Assembly: GCA_052327205.1 (NCBI GenBank)
Contig: CM126226.1
Location: 51,212,001 to 51,276,000, forward strand
Direction of reading: 5' to 3'
Origin: Somniosus microcephalus
Taxonomy: Eukaryota
DNA: 64,000 bases
Shown: positions 1 to 13,984 of the stretch, one piece after another
How the letters are laid out: each line of letters starts with the position of its first letter
Numbering within the stretch: the first letter of the stretch is position 1
The notes under the pieces: generated by a model
Databases searched by the model: none
Seen by the model: only the letters and a program-made list of their open reading frames with translations
Told to the model about the DNA's origin: nothing
Translations under genes and position numbers: made by a program

Positions 1-1044
1 ATTGGCTTTATTTTGCAAATGTAACTTGGCACACTGATAACTTGGATTTTTATTTTTGCATTTTATGAGGAAAGTGAAAGTATTAATTTGTGGTCATAAC
101 AAAATGTAACAATTGCCATATTTGACCACAAATAGTACTTGTACTGCTATGTACTTGTGCTTGATAATGTATGCTGTTTTAACCAAACTGGTTTGACAAT
201 TATGTGTTTTTTTTTAGTAACTGTTTGTGTTTAAAGGACCTAACCTTCATTTTGAAATGGTCAACTTTCATCCAGCTCTCAATATTTGATTCTAACCTGT
301 GGTCAATCTTCACAAGAAGTTCTGAAATCTCTGCAGATTATGTATAAAACTGAACTGGCTGAGAAGGATATTAGTTCAAGCTAACAGTTGCAGCAGACAT
401 TGAAGCAGTAGGACTAGTATAGTGTTATCATTGGTGAGAAAACAGTTGCATGATCTTGATCAACTCCTTTTTGAATTATTACAGCATTCCACCTTGTACC
501 TGTACAGGATGTTGTGATCTTTTTCCTCTAACCTTTCTCTCTCTGATTCCCTCCTCTGTTTATAACATTGACTGCTACTTTCCGACTCACCCATGTTTAG
601 CATCACCTTCTGTTAGAATGACAATGACTTATTTCAAAGATTGTGATGTTCTCACTAAAGAAAATAGGTTAAACTTAAGTAATTTAGCTCTCTCCTATAC
701 ATCACTTGCCAGCAATTCTATTGTGCCATTCATCCATGATGTCTAAGTCGTGCTCTGAAAACCATCTGTAAAATTGTAATTGGTTGTACTTGAACTGGAA
801 AACTCACTGAGCTGGTACTATATCTTTTTTTAGAGTTTTATCGCAGTTCTGTTCAGTTTTTCTTGTCACTGTAATGCATCAGATTTACTGAGAAAAATAT
901 CATAACACTGACTCTAGGTGAAATTATTGCATAGATACAGGCCTCACTGATATTATGGCAATACTAGCTACTTGCCATCTTGCAGAAATTACTTGAGCTA
1001 TAAATAACTTTGTATTTCCCAATGAAAACCCCTTGTTTCCAGTT

Positions 1045-1374
1045 ATTTCAAGATATTAAAGGGAACAGATAGGGTAGATAGAGAGAAACTATTTCTGTTG
1101 GTTGGGGTTTCTAGGACTAGGGGGCAGATTCTAAAAATTAGAGCCAGACCTTCCAGGAGTGAAATTAGGAAACACTTTTACACGCTCAGGGTGGTAGAAG
1201 TTTTGGAACTCTCTTCCGCAAGCGGCAATTGATGCTGGATCAATTAATTTTAAATCTGAAATTGATAGATTTTTGTTAACCAAAGGTATAAAGGGATATG
1301 GGCCAAAGGTGGATATATGGCCATCAGCAATGGCGGAACAGGTTTGAGGGGCTGAATGGCCTCCTATGTTCCTA
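1045..1374 (+). mobile_element. CR1-type LINE, 3' fragment
   Basis: Decayed end of ORF2 (KILKGTDRVDREKLF) and typical 3' UTR ending ggggctgaatggcctcctatgttccta. Confidence 0.85.
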
Positions 1375-2359
1375 AATTCACACTATAAACTATTTATTTG
1401 CTCTAAACTTTATGAATTTGTTCCCGTTTTCCCCCCCCCCCCCCCCCCCCATCCATTTTACTCCCCACAATGTATTTATAGTTTTTGCTGTAGTTGTTCG
1501 TGTACCATTGCTCAGGTAAGTTTTTCCTACTGCTCAGTCTCCATTGAGCAGCAAATGATCTTTTGCAAGGCCTGATTGGCTGAACTGATTCTGGCTGCGA
1601 TTCTCATTTCAAGCACCACTGTTACTTCAGAAATTTTAATAGCTTAAACAAGAAGGAAAAAAAAAGTAGTATTTTTCCCAGTCACTTGTACCTCAGTTAT
1701 TTGTAAATTTTTTGCCTGGGTCACGGTGTACTCCGGGTATTCTAGTTCCATAGGAACTGAGTGAAAAGTGCAACTCCCATCATGTCTGTCTCAATCATTT
1801 ATTTTTGCGCAAACAATTCCTCTGTAGGAGCTTGAACTTTCCAGTCCTTTCTCTGGGGTTGTCATATGACATAGGATGGCTTGCTGCATTATGGCCATGG
1901 TGTTCCATGGACGGGTGTGAAAACAACTCGCCTCATGCATCTAAGACTCTTCCAATTTGCCCACAACAGTTGCAAATTTAACCCTCAGACCCAGTGAAAT
2001 TTCCAGCTGAAGCCCCAGATTCCAGTCAGACCAGACCTATCTGAGGGTAACTTCTTGCAGGCAGTACGAACAATCGTATCGCTAAGCTTTTAGTCATTTT
2101 ATTTTTACTGTTATAAGCGTTCTAGTTATTCACACTCTGCTCAGTGCAGAAGAAAAATGGCAAGTAAAAAAATTCTGATGTATTTTTTGAGCAATTTGGC
2201 TGGTTTTCTGATCGTTTCTATTTAATGCCTGGTAACTTTGGGGGAAACATAAATAACTTGCTCAGATTTCTCTTGCATACTTTGTTCTACATTGGTAGTT
2301 ACTGACTGAATTGAACTACTTTTGATTGGTCAATTAAGTATTTGGATGAACTGAGACCT

Positions 2360-2652
2360 TGTCAGTTAAATTAAGCTGGACCGGTTTCTGGCTGGGGCGG
2401 AGATTGCCTCTTACAGAAGGTAGGTATTGCAGGGAATTGTGGGCCAGTGTGATCTCGTGGACTAGTTTTGATTGCCTAGGTGGGTCGGAGAGGAATTTCC
2501 CAGATTCTTCCCCCCCCCACCCCAATTGGCCTTGGTTTTTTATCTTTTTTTGCCCCTTCCAAGAGATCACATGGTTTCGGGTGGGGTGTCTATATTGCGA
2601 TTGTGTGGGGCAGGCTGCACGGACCAGAGGGTCTTTGCCCGTTCGTCATTGC
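2360..2652 (+). mobile_element. Probable old CR1-like 3' UTR fragment
   Basis: Begins ...aaattaagctggaccggtttctg and ends ggaccagagggtctttgcccgttcgtcatt, the layout of a CR1 3' terminus. Confidence 0.45.
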
Positions 2653-3029
2653 CAACAACATTGCACTGGATGCAAAATGGGTCATTATAGAGTTGAACTT
2701 AAGAGCATTTTAGCTGGCAACATGCATTGAATTGCCTGTATTCTATGCATTTTGAGAAGGAATAGTTTAAACCAGCAACCTAAGCCTACCCTCTGTAATT
2801 AGTAAAATTGTAGGTATGCAAGAAATATACACAGAGCGAGGAGAATCAAATTTTTGTATTTTCTGTAACCTTGTCTTTTTCCCAATTTATAAAATGTTGA
2901 GCTTCTGACTAGGATGCTCCTGCAGTAATATGCACATGGAGAGAATTGAAAGATAAGAACAAATTAATAAGATAAACGTACTAAAATATAGAATAAGAAA
3001 ATTTACACTAACAACTACATACTATGTTA

Positions 3030-5190
3030 AAGGCATTTATATAGCGCCTTTAACATAGAAAAATGTCCCAAGGTACTTCACGGGTGTCATGAGACAACAA
3101 TTGACACCAAGCCTAAGCAGGAGATATGAGAGGGGTGACTAAAATATGGGTCAGAGGTGGGTTTTAAGGATAGTCTTAAAAGAGGAGGTGGAGAAGCAGA
3201 GGGGTTTAGGGAGGGAATTCTAGAGCACAGAGCCTAGGTGGCTGAAGGCACGGCTGCCAATATTGGGGTGAAGGGAGGCAGGAATCCTGTAGAGCTGGAG
3301 AAAGTTACTGCGATTAGCGAGGTCATGAAGGGATTTAAACATGAGGATGAATCATATAGCACAGAAGGAGGCCATCGTACCTGTGCCGGGTCTTTGAAAG
3401 AACCATCCAATTAATCTCCCATTCCTGCTTTTTCTCTGTAGCCCTGCAAATTTTTCCTTTTTAAGTATATATCCACCTCCCTTTTGAAAGTTATTTTGAA
3501 TCGGCTTCCACCGCCCTTTCAGGCAGTGCATGCTAGATAATAACTCGCTGCATAAAAGGAAAGAAATTCCTTCTCCTAAACCCACTGGATTTTTTTTGCT
3601 AATTAGCTTAAATCTGTGTCCTCTGGTTACCGACCCTCTTGCTAGTGGAAAAACTTTCTCCCTATCTACTCTATCAAAACCCCATATAATTTTGAACACC
3701 TGTATTACATCTCTCCTTAACCTTTGCTCTAAGAACAAGCTCAGCTTCTCTAGTCTCTCCACATAACTGAATTCCCTCGTTTCTGCTAAATCTCTGCTGC
3801 ACCCTCCTCAAAGCCTTAAAGTGGTGCCCAGAATTGGACTCAATACTCTAGCTGAAGTCTAACCAGTGATTTGTAAATGTTTACCATCGCTTCCTTGCTT
3901 TTGTACTCTGTCTCTATTTATAAAGTCAAGGATCCTAATGCCTTTTTAACAGCTTTGTCAACTTGTCCTGCCACCTTCAAAGATTTGTGTATGTGAATCC
4001 CCAGGTCTCTTTGTTCCTGCACCCCCTTTAAAGTCGTACCATCTGGTTTATACTGCTGCATCTCATTTTTCCTTCCAAAATGCATCACTTCACACTTCTC
4101 TGCATTAAATTTAATCTACCATGTGTCTGCCCATTTCATCAGTCTGTCTATGTCCCCCTGAAGTCTGCTATTATCCTCCTCGCTGTTTACTATATTTCCA
4201 AGCTTTGTGTCACCTGTAAATTTTGAAATTATACCCTCTACATCCAAGTCCAGGCCATTAATGTAAATCAAAAAGAGCAGTGATCCCAGTACTGACCCCT
4301 GGGGGACACCAGATGAGAATTGTAAATTGGAGAACCGGCAGCTAATGTAGGCCAGCAAGGACGGGAGTGATGGGTGAGTGGGAATTGGTCAGGATAGTAT
4401 ATGGGCAGCAGAGTTTTGGATAAGCTGGTTTTTACAAAGTATGGATGGGATGCCAGCCTGGAGACCATTGGGATTGTCAAGTCTGGAGGTGGCAAAGGCA
4501 AGGATGAGGGTTTCAGCCCCTGTAACATCAACCAGGTTCCCACAGCAGATTGGTTGAGGTAGGCGTGGAGGTAGGCAGTCTTTGTGCTGGAGAAGATATT
4601 GGATCAGACTCTTGAGGTTGTGAATGATCAGGTTGAACTGGAGATGGTGGTCAGGTAGGGGGAAGGAATCAATGGCAAGTTATGGAGTTTGTGGGGGTGG
4701 GGAGCAAAAATGATGGCTTTGGTTTAACTGGAGGAAATTGTGGCTCATCCAAGACTGGATGTTGGACAAGCAATCTGACAACACAGGCATCGAGAGAGGT
4801 AGAGCTGGGTTCATCGTATATGTGCAACCTGATCCCATGTTTTTGGATGACGTCAGCAGGGGCAGCATGTATGTGAGCAACAGGAGGGGCGGAGGGTGGA
4901 TCCTTGGTGGACTCGGTTAAGGTGTGGGGGTGGGAAGAGATGCTCTTTGTTGGAGATGCTATGGTCAGATATGAAAGAGTGGAATAGTAGGAGAGCAGTC
5001 CCACTGAGCTGAACAATGGGGGAGAAGCTATGGAGGAAGATGGTGGGGTTGACCGTGTTAAAGGCTGTGGCGAGGACGAGGGGAGAATTGCACAATGGTC
5101 ACGGGCACAGAGGATGTCATTTCTAAATTTAACCAGAGCCGCTTCAGTGCTGTGGCAGGGGCGGAAATCTGATTGATTTTCACTGTGTTT
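3030..5190 (-). mobile_element. L2-type LINE fragment (RT to 3' tail), interrupted by a CR1 at about 3350-4325
   Basis: Minus-strand decayed RT (FRPCHSTEAALVK..NDILC, LSDCLSNIQSWMSHNFLQLN). 3' tail (aaggcgctatataaaatgc on the minus strand) is shared with the copy at 13985-14795. Confidence 0.85.
3350..4325 (-). mobile_element. CR1-type LINE, 3' fragment nested in L2
   Basis: ORFs 4116-4358 (SGVPQGSVLGSLLFLIYIN..ISKFTGDTKLG) and 3352-3762 (ERLEKLSLF.LEQRLRRD..RGHRFKL). Confidence 0.92.
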
Positions 5191-6164
5191 GAATCTTTCC
5201 AAACAAGAACTGCTGAGAAAAAGTGAGCAAACTGGCACTGGTGTATGTCCAAGGGACAGTTGTGCTGTTTTCTGACTACTGCTGATAAATGGTAAAGTAA
5301 TGATTATCTTCATCCGTGTGGAACAGCCCTGTCAATTTTTTTCATGGCCTCAGTTTAGTAGTTTCTGGATTTAGGACCTGCATGGAGTTTCGTTTCCTTT
5401 TTATTGTATAAATAGTATGATTTAAAGCTCCTTGATGCCTTAGCTTCTTACAGGCTTAATCAGCTGAGCCATTCAGCAACAGTAATAACTTTTCATTTAT
5501 ATAGTGCTTTTAACTTGGAAAAATATGTTCCAAACCCCGTCTTGAAGGCGTTTGTGGATATGGATCCATGGGTGCTGATCACTTTCCAGTATTTCGCATA
5601 GATGGCCATCCTTTCTGTGTACATCTAGATGGAGAGTTTTGATAGGGCATTCTCCCACGAGGGTCATTGCAGATAAACCCAATTCCATCCTCACTTGATG
5701 CCTAAACATGCATACTTTCCACCAGGAGCCACTGGATCGCAATCGGGAGCAGAAAGCCTGGCTGTTTGTTGTTTACTCTCACGGAGTCTAATTACAGTGG
5801 CCTTACTGCCATTTTAAGATCAACTAGCTCCGTACAGACAGGGACTTTGTCTTTGTAGCTCCCACATTGGGCATTGCATGTATTATGCTATTGGAGAGCT
5901 GCTTTTGTTTTCTGTTCAAAGGTTAAAACAAAGTACTTAAAAAAAATAATGCATACTTTACATTTTTATAAAACTGATGGAGAGAAATAAACACATAGTG
6001 ATCTATGCTGACTATATATTACTTTAAAAGAACTGAGACATGGAAAACCTTGCATTAAATCATAGAATGGTTACAGCACAGACGGAGGCCATTTGGCCCG
6101 TCGAGCCCGTATAGTAAAAAAGTATGTAGTAATGGGCTCCTTTGATATTGCTATCGTCCTTTGA

Positions 6165-6540
6165 TAGTTTAATTGGTAAATGCACTGTGAGGCAGCTCTA
6201 AGCCATATAGATCCAGAAGGTCCCAAGTTAAGTCTGTGGCCTATGTTGAGTAAGAGCAGCAGTAGGACACTACAATTAGATCAGTGCTGCTGGGCTAGGG
6301 AGGGGGACGATTAACCACGGTTCCCATTGCCGATCACTAGAGCATCAACTGGGTAGTGTGTCTGTGTGGATATTGGGCAAGGATAGGACTGAACATATGT
6401 GTGAGATGCCTGTTTTAGACATGCACGCTGCAGCATTTTTTGTCTGGGCTTCCACATGCTAAGGAGACTTGGGCAAGGTACTGGAAGACTTCAGCCAGCA
6501 TGGGACAGCGCCTTCAGGAGAAGTGCTAAGGGAGAAAATT
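6165..6540 (+). mobile_element. Old interspersed repeat, probable tRNA-derived SINE; related decayed copies near 5560-5890(-), 6915-7215, 24140-24305, 49905-50750, 56545-56910
   Basis: Shared blocks between copies (agaccag.aaggtc, gcagcag.ggga..ctacaattgg, ttgggcaaggtac, gccttcagga); family name not recognised. Confidence 0.55.
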
Positions 6541-9500
6541 TGGTTGTGGGAATGAACCGGTGCAGCCTCTTCGAACACTGCCTATTGTATATTTATATGG
6601 CTGATCTAGTCTCTAAATCACAACAGTTGGGCTGTTCTGAGTTCTGATCCAATTCTCAGCTGATGTTGAGACTGCAGCTTTTCCCCAGCAGACTTTTATT
6701 TTGAATGGCATAACAGGTGCCGCTCGAGGCAGCTGTGAGGAGGACAGATGCTGCGTAAAATTGACCCTGGTCATTGCTGAGAGTGTGAAGACTTCCCCTG
6801 GTCTAATGTATCCTCTAGTAACTGGTTGAGCAAGTGATTTTAAATTGGCATTTGAACTTCTGCATGTAAGGGACTTAAAGTGGTGGGGTTCTCCGAAAGG
6901 CTCTGAATTCATCCACTGAGTAGACCAGCAAGGTCACAGGTTTGATTACTAGCCTGTACTGATCTCGGCTGACTGGTGGTTGGGGTGTACAATTCATCTC
7001 ATTAGGAAGGAGAAATCATCCTGGCTTCCAGTTGCTGATTGCTATCCATTGAGCCATGAGCTATGATAGAAGTGCACGTGTGGGGCCTTTGGGTGAGGCT
7101 AGAATCGGGCTTGGTTGTGAAGCCCCCTGCAATTAAATTATACGCCAATATTCAGTCAAGATTCACCGAGCTGAGTTTGGAAAGGATGACCACCTATGGA
7201 ATCATTCCTCATTGCGGGAGGAAAAAGGAAGAAAGTCTTGCATTTCTATAGCGCCTTTCACGACCCCTGGACGTCCCAAGCGCTTTACAGCCAACGAAGT
7301 TCTTTTTGAAGTGTAGTCACTGTTGTAATGTACAGTAGTAGGTGGGGGAGGGGCAGAGAATTGATGAGCAATATTAGTCAGCTTTTCTCAATAGTAAATT
7401 TTTCTCCTGGTCTTCTCCGCACTGAATGGAGCTCTCAATGACGAGACTACGCAATTCTATCTTCAGCTGGCTGCAGTAACCAAATTGCTGTTTGTCTTTT
7501 AGATGGACAATGCACCATTTTGTAAGTGTGGTTTGTCAGCCATGGCTGGGGGTCTGGGGGAGGGAGAAGTGCACAGAGGAAGGATCTCTTGTTACACCAC
7601 ACAAGCTTGTCTATTAGCAGAATGACTAAGGTCTGGGCATTAATGGTGGTTTGTGGGTCTGGGCATTAATGGGTTGTCGGTTGACGGTTCTTCAAATCTG
7701 ATTGAGAAGGATAGTGCGGATTGGAGATGCAATAAAAGTTGCAAAAAGAAAGCTGAAAACAAATTCTGTTATTTTGGTTCAATGCTTGTGGAAAATCAAA
7801 AATATCATGTTTGAAAAGTTATAAAAAGAAATTTTTTAAAAACCTTTTATGCTGTCCCATGCATAGTTGTTTATAGGGACAGGGAAATACCTTTTCTGTA
7901 TGTGAAATTTAATTACAGGCTAACCTCATTGTGTCTTTTGTATTGCAAAGTCTTTTGTAAAGGAACTCTTTGACTCCTTCCCTCAAAAACAAATCCTTAT
8001 AAAAATCCTGTACAAACTGAAGTCAAATGATGTATTATTAGCACTTATTTTCTCTTCCCAAAAAGATATGTGAACCTCTGTCATAAATGTAATTCTTAAC
8101 AAAAACCTCAAATGTTTTTCTTCTGTTCAGTTAGTGAATCTTTCACAGAAAATAAATGTTATGAAACTTAATCAACTCTGCTCATTTTCTCCCTATTCTT
8201 GCTGCTGGTCTTTATTCTATAATGGTAATCACTCAAGGTCCACAAAAAGACATTTCACCACTCGGAGCTGGTTAGAAGCGAGTGCTAAAGAAAAGTGATG
8301 CGAAAGAGCTGGAGAGGATCGGCACCTGGCTAGACTGAACATTTTACTTCAAATTCAGATCCTCGGAATCTTAGCTAAGCATTGAATACTAGTTGACCTC
8401 CCATGGTGAGGCTTGTAGACGCATTTTAAAATAACAAAATAGTGCATGAATACAGGTTTTTATGTTTTAGTTGCAGTAGGATAAAAAGGAAATAGAAATC
8501 CCCAATGAATGTTCTGAATAAATGTACTGGGGCTTTGCAATGCAATGCCAGCTGTTTATTGCATTCTTCTAGGAGTGATTTTGGGTTTGGGCCTCCAGAT
8601 TTTGTCGGTTTTAAGTCGGATATATTTGTTTGCCTCGTACAGCCGTTTTATGTATTGCACCAGGCAAGAATGTATTGTACTACTTGGTATCTGCCAGTTT
8701 CACATGTTTGCACTTTATAACGCACAGTATTGCGTTTTAAGCTTTGCAGTGATTACAGATTACTGGGGGTCTGTTACTGAAAGCCCGAGAATTAATTGCA
8801 TGGCCCAGCAGCAGCGTTGGTAATCCCTCTTTATTTTAGTTTGTTAAATTTAGCTTCCACTCAAACTGAATCTTGAATACTGATGTCTAAAAATAGAAGA
8901 TGACTCCTTTTATAAAACCACTTGCCAGCTTTTGCCTTGCCCCTCTGCTGAGAAATTGTGAGCCAATCATTGTTCCTCTTTCCCCCACCCCACCTTTTAG
9001 GTTTGAATCTTGTATTGTAATTGTGACCAGTGCATCTTCAGGAGGCTGCTTTGAAGCTTTTGTGGTTATCGTCAACTCATTTGCTTCTGGTCTAAATGTT
9101 TGCAACAACTGAGACTATACTGTGCAAGGATTTCCTCTTGTCATTTTAACTTTGCTAAATATTATCTACAGACTTAAGTGAGAGGCAACATGGATTTTTC
9201 AATATCACTTGGATCAAAATATATTGGCCTGAACTTAAACCACCACTCTCTCTTTTCTTCCCCCCCCCCCCTCCCCCCCTCTGCTGGATGGACAGGAAAG
9301 GGTTGGGCAAGGGGTTAAAATCATGAAAATCAATATTCTTCCATCCAAACCTCTGTCCTGCTTAAAACTGGAGGGGCCCCACTTAAGATGCAAAAGTCAT
9401 GGCCTGCTGGTGTCATCGGCGCCACATCATAATATTAACGGCAAGCCGGGGGAGTCCCTCACGGTCTGCTTCCCGCCAGCAGAACCAATGCGGGAGGAGC

Positions 9501-10499
9501 CGACTACCCAGAAGAGGCCAAGGTAAATTTCAAAAATGTTCTCTTTGAACACTTTGTCTGCCCCCCCCCCCCCCCCCGGCACCTCAAGGAGTCCTTGGGC
9601 TTCCCAAGCCCTGGTTTTCTCTTTCCCCCCCCCCCAATCTAATCGCGAATGAGAGAATACTTTTTTTCGCTGAGAGTTATGCTAGCCTGTAAATCTCAAG
9701 TGTCCCTCACACCCCTGAGATCAGACATGGCCCATAGGAGTAGGCGTCAGTGCTGATTATGGCCTATAGAGCAGCCTGGATTGTTTTCCAAAATGGCTGT
9801 ATTTGGGGGCGAAGCAGGGCCAGGAAGTGCATACTACAAGTGTGCTACTCTGCGAGGCAGACATGTATACTTACTGTGAGTAGGGAGCAATTACTTTAGT
9901 GCAGGGTTAAAAGGTTACAGTTACCTCCAGACAGCTGAATCTGTGTCTTGACTATGCAAAGGGGTAGGATTCACGTGCTTGTGTGAGGGACGTGCCCTCC
10001 GTTTTGGCGTGATTAACTTTGTAACCTGAAATTTGGCCAAAATCCTTGATGACTTGGGAGATGGCAGTTGGAGCTAGTGGGGCTAGTTACTTACAGCGAT
10101 CTATCATCAGAGCACAGTATTGTATTGTGTTCAGTCCACTAGCGTGCAATCCATACACATCTCTTCCTCCGATTTTATGTGTCATAACCTGTGGAGTCAG
10201 CCTGGGTGAAATATTAAACAAGTTGGGTTTCTTCTTGGCAACTAGTTCCAGAACCTAAGCTTCAACTTTGATAGTTCACTGAAAAGGTGTTTCTTTTGAC
10301 AGCGTGAGGGAATTCAGTCATCTTGTTTTTTGTGACTCCTGTGCTTCTGAAGCAGCGTCACGAGGGTTGCCCTGCCATCTACCACCGTGTCACACAGATA
10401 GTGGAACACCTCCACTGAGAGGAATCCAGCACTAACGATTAAGACTAGGATTTGAATTGAGCCCCTCGCCACAATGGGAGAGCAGCATTCCTGAGCTCG

Positions 10500-11088
10500 A
10501 AACATAGAAGATAGGAGCAGGAATAGGCCATTCAGCCCCTCGAGCCTGCTCTGCCATTTAATGAGATCATGGCTGATCATCCAAACTCACTACCCTGTCC
10601 CTGCTTTCTCCCCATATCCCTTGATCCCTTTAGCCTTAAGAAATATATCTGACTCCTTCTTGAATATATTTAATGAATTGGCCTCTACTACCTTCTGTGG
10701 TAGAGAATTCCACAGGTTCACCACTCTCTGGGTGAAGAAATTCCTCCTCCATCTCATTCCGAAATGGCTTACTCCTTATCCTTAGACTGTGACCCCTGGT
10801 TCTAGACTCCACCGCCATCGGGAACATCCTTCCTGCATCTAGTCTGTCTAGTCCTTTATTAAACATTAAATAAATTTAAAATGGAGATAGACAGTTTCCT
10901 AGCAGATAAGGGAATTGGGGGTTACGGGGAGAGGGCAGGGAAGTGGACGTGAGTCTAGATTCGGATCAGCCATGATCCTATTGAATAGCGGAGCAGGCCC
11001 GAGGGGCCGTATGGCCTACTCCTGCTCCTACTTCTTATGTTCTTATGTCCTGTTAGAATTTTATAAGTTTCAATGAGATCCCCTCTCG
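10500..11088 (-). mobile_element. CR1 3' fragment split by an oppositely oriented CR1 3' end (10856-11046, +)
   Basis: Minus-strand KGLDRLDAGRMFPMAVESRTRGHSLRIR. Inner copy ends cttcttatgttcttat and is flanked by duplicated GTCCT (10851-10855, 11047-11051). Confidence 0.88.
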
Positions 11089-11929
11089 TAGAGATTCCCT
11101 GAACCGGGAATAAGCTAAACAGAAAACAGATCTAAAATATTAATGTTTGTATGAAATATTGAGAGCACATGACTTTGGTGACTGACATAACTGTCAGGAA
11201 GCAGAGACTTCTGTTAACGTCTGTGTACCTTTCTACCACTCATGGCTACGTTGGGAACAATGAGTATTTAGGACGGCATTGACATGTTTGCTGAAATCTC
11301 ACCGTTGTTGTTTAGCTCTGTTTTTCATGACTAATTCTATTTTGATCCATACTCTTGGGCCCTTTTTGTCTTTTTTTTTTAAGACAATACTGAAAGATGT
11401 AGTGGAAAAGATATTCTTAAACATGTTGTCTATGATGAACATTTTATTTTTTATATCCCATCCAGTGCTCATTTGCAGGATCATAGAAATTACAGAAGGC
11501 TGTTCAGCCCATTGTGCCTGGGCTGGTGCTAGCTCTTTAACTGGAGCGCTCTACTATAATCCCATTTCCTTTTTCAAATGCTCATCTAATTTAGTTTTAA
11601 ATTTTATGTTCTAGTCTGTCTCAATGTCCACTTGTGATAAAGCACGTTCTAGTAACTGTGTGAAAACAGTTCTTCTAGCTTCCTTTCTTTCCCCCTCCAG
11701 TGATAATTCTTACCGATCTGCCAACCAAAATCTTTTGCTCTATTTACCGTCTCTCCATCTAATCACTGACTTTTGTTATATGACTGTCCACCTTAGATAG
11801 TTAAGGTCCTCATTGTTACGACAGCAAGCCCTTATAATTGGCCTACAAATCTCATTCTTGATTTCTTTACCACTATTCTGTGGTCTATAACATACTCCCA
11901 ATGTTGTAAAAGATTCTTATTTTTCATTA

Positions 11930-12120
11930 CAACATCACTAGAACAGATTATCTGGTCGTTATCACATTGCTGTTTGTGGGACCTTGCTGTGCACAAAATG
12001 GCTGCCACATTCCTACAATTACAACAGTGACTCCACTTCAAAAGTACTTCATTGGCTGTAAAGCACTTTGGGACATCCTGAGGTCGTGATAACCGCTATA
12101 TAAATGCAAGTCTTTTTTCA
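11930..12120 (+). mobile_element. Deu-domain SINE 3' tail fragment; similar minus-strand tails at 7228-7332 and 49522-49700
   Basis: Matches the 3' half of the full copies (cagattatctggtc.ttatcacattgctgtttgtggga...cgctatataaatgcaagtc). Confidence 0.8.
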
Positions 12121-12602
12121 TTATTAAGGTTACATAAAATGTCCTCCATTCTAATTAAAGACTCTCTAATGTTTTATTTCTAAATCTTTGACCATTTGCA
12201 GCCCTGATCCATTTATATTCCTCAATTTGTTTTTCTCTCTCTCCATTACTCTTATCTTCAGTATCCTTTTCCTTAACTCCTCTCCTCTTTGTCCTAAGGT
12301 GCGCCCCTCACCTTTTTGCATTAGCGTGACTCTTTTAGGAGTGGAAGAAACTATGTAATATTGACCACGTTTAAACTTTTCAAAACCATTACTGCAAGAT
12401 CCCATAGTGTAGAAATTGCAATGTCCAGACAGTAGCTTCCTACAGGTTAAAAGGCTTCATTTTTCATTTAATGAGAAGCAATAATTTTACATTTTTTTTA
12501 AAGAAAATGTTGCTTTGTTTCTCAGACTTGGGAATGTAAACATTACAAAACAGCATGTGGAAGGACATTTTTTTTTTATTAGAAGAGTGCTATTTTCCAT
12601 TG

Positions 12603-13672
12603 TAATCAATTGGCTAAGTGACCGGAAACAGAGTAGTGGTGAACGGTTGTTTTTGGTCTGGAGGAAGGTATACAGTGGTGTTCCCCAGGGGTCGGTTCTA
12701 GGACCACTGCTTTTCTTGATATATATTAATGACTTGGACTTAGGCGTACAGGGCACAATTTCAAAATTTGCAGATGACACAAAACTTGGAAGTATAGTGA
12801 ACAGTGAGGAGGATAGTGATGGACTTCAAGAGGATATAGACAGGCTGGTGGAATGGACGGACACGTGGCAGATGAAATTTAACGCAGGAAAGTGCAAAGT
12901 CATACATTTTGGTAGGAAGAACGAGGAGGGGCAATATAAACTAAAGGGTACTATCCTAAAGGTGCATGAACAGAGATGTGGGAGTATATGTGCACAAATC
13001 ATTGAAGGTGGCAGGGCAGGTTGAGAAAGTGGTTAAAAAAGTACACGGGATCCTGGACTTTGTAAATGGAGGCATAGAGTACAAAAGCAAGGCAGTTATG
13101 AACCTTTATAAAAACACTGGTTCCGCCCCAACTGGAGTATTGTCCAGTTTTGGGCACTGCATTTTAGGAAGGATGTGAAGGCCTTCGAGAGAGTGCAGAA
13201 CATATTTACAAGAATGGTTCCAGGGATGAGGAACTTCAGTTACGTGGATAGACTAGAGAAACTGAAATTATTCTCCTTAGAGCAGAGAAGGTTGAGAGGA
13301 GATTTGATAGAGCTGTTCAAAATCATGAGGGGTCTAGACAGAGTAGATAGAGAGAAACTGTTCCCATTGGTGGAAGGGCCGAGAGCCAGAGGACACAGAT
13401 TTAAGGTGATTGGCAGAAGAACCAAAGGCAACATGAGGGGAAACTTTTTTACGCAGCGAGTGGTTAGGATCTGGAAGGCACTGCCTGAGAGGGTGGTGGA
13501 GGCAGATTCAATCGTGGCTTTCAAAAGGGAATTGGATAAGTACCCGAAGAAAAAAATCGCAGGGCTACGGGGAAAGGGCGGGGGAGTGGGACTAGCTGAA
13601 GTGTCCTTGCAGAGAGCTGGCACGGGCTCGACGGGCTAAATGGCCTCCTGTAACAATTCTATGATTCTATGA
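12603..13672 (+). mobile_element. CR1-type LINE, RT C-terminus and 3' UTR, frameshifted
   Basis: SGVPQGSVLGPLLFLIYINDLD..ISKFADDTKLG; LEQRRLRGDLIE; terminal microsatellite attctatgattctatga. Confidence 0.95.
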
Positions 13673-13984
13673 ATGGAATTGAGATGAGGTTGCAATTGCA
13701 TCGGTGATGTCATGAGTAGAGATGTATTGGTAGAATAAGTTTGTTTGGCCTATGTCGATCAAGCAATTGGATATTGTCTCTTTGAAATTAGACACAAGAA
13801 AATAATTCTACACTGCAATAATCTAACTAGAAGAGGAAAGCTTGAGTAGTGTATAACATCATTTGCATGCTGAGATTAAATTAAAGTTTTGAATTTGCTA
13901 TTTATACTGTGTATTCATTTTGAACTTTTTTATTCTGCCCTTGTGCTGGGTATAACTGCTAAATCTAGAGACCGAGGCCATTGT

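Noticed and set aside
9225-9790. GC-rich patch as a regulatory island; also Tigger-like remnants near 15975-16185, 46455-46612 and 59770-59995
   Set aside because: These look like eroded DNA-transposon remnants, but I could not define matching TIRs or TSDs, so they are not called as features.
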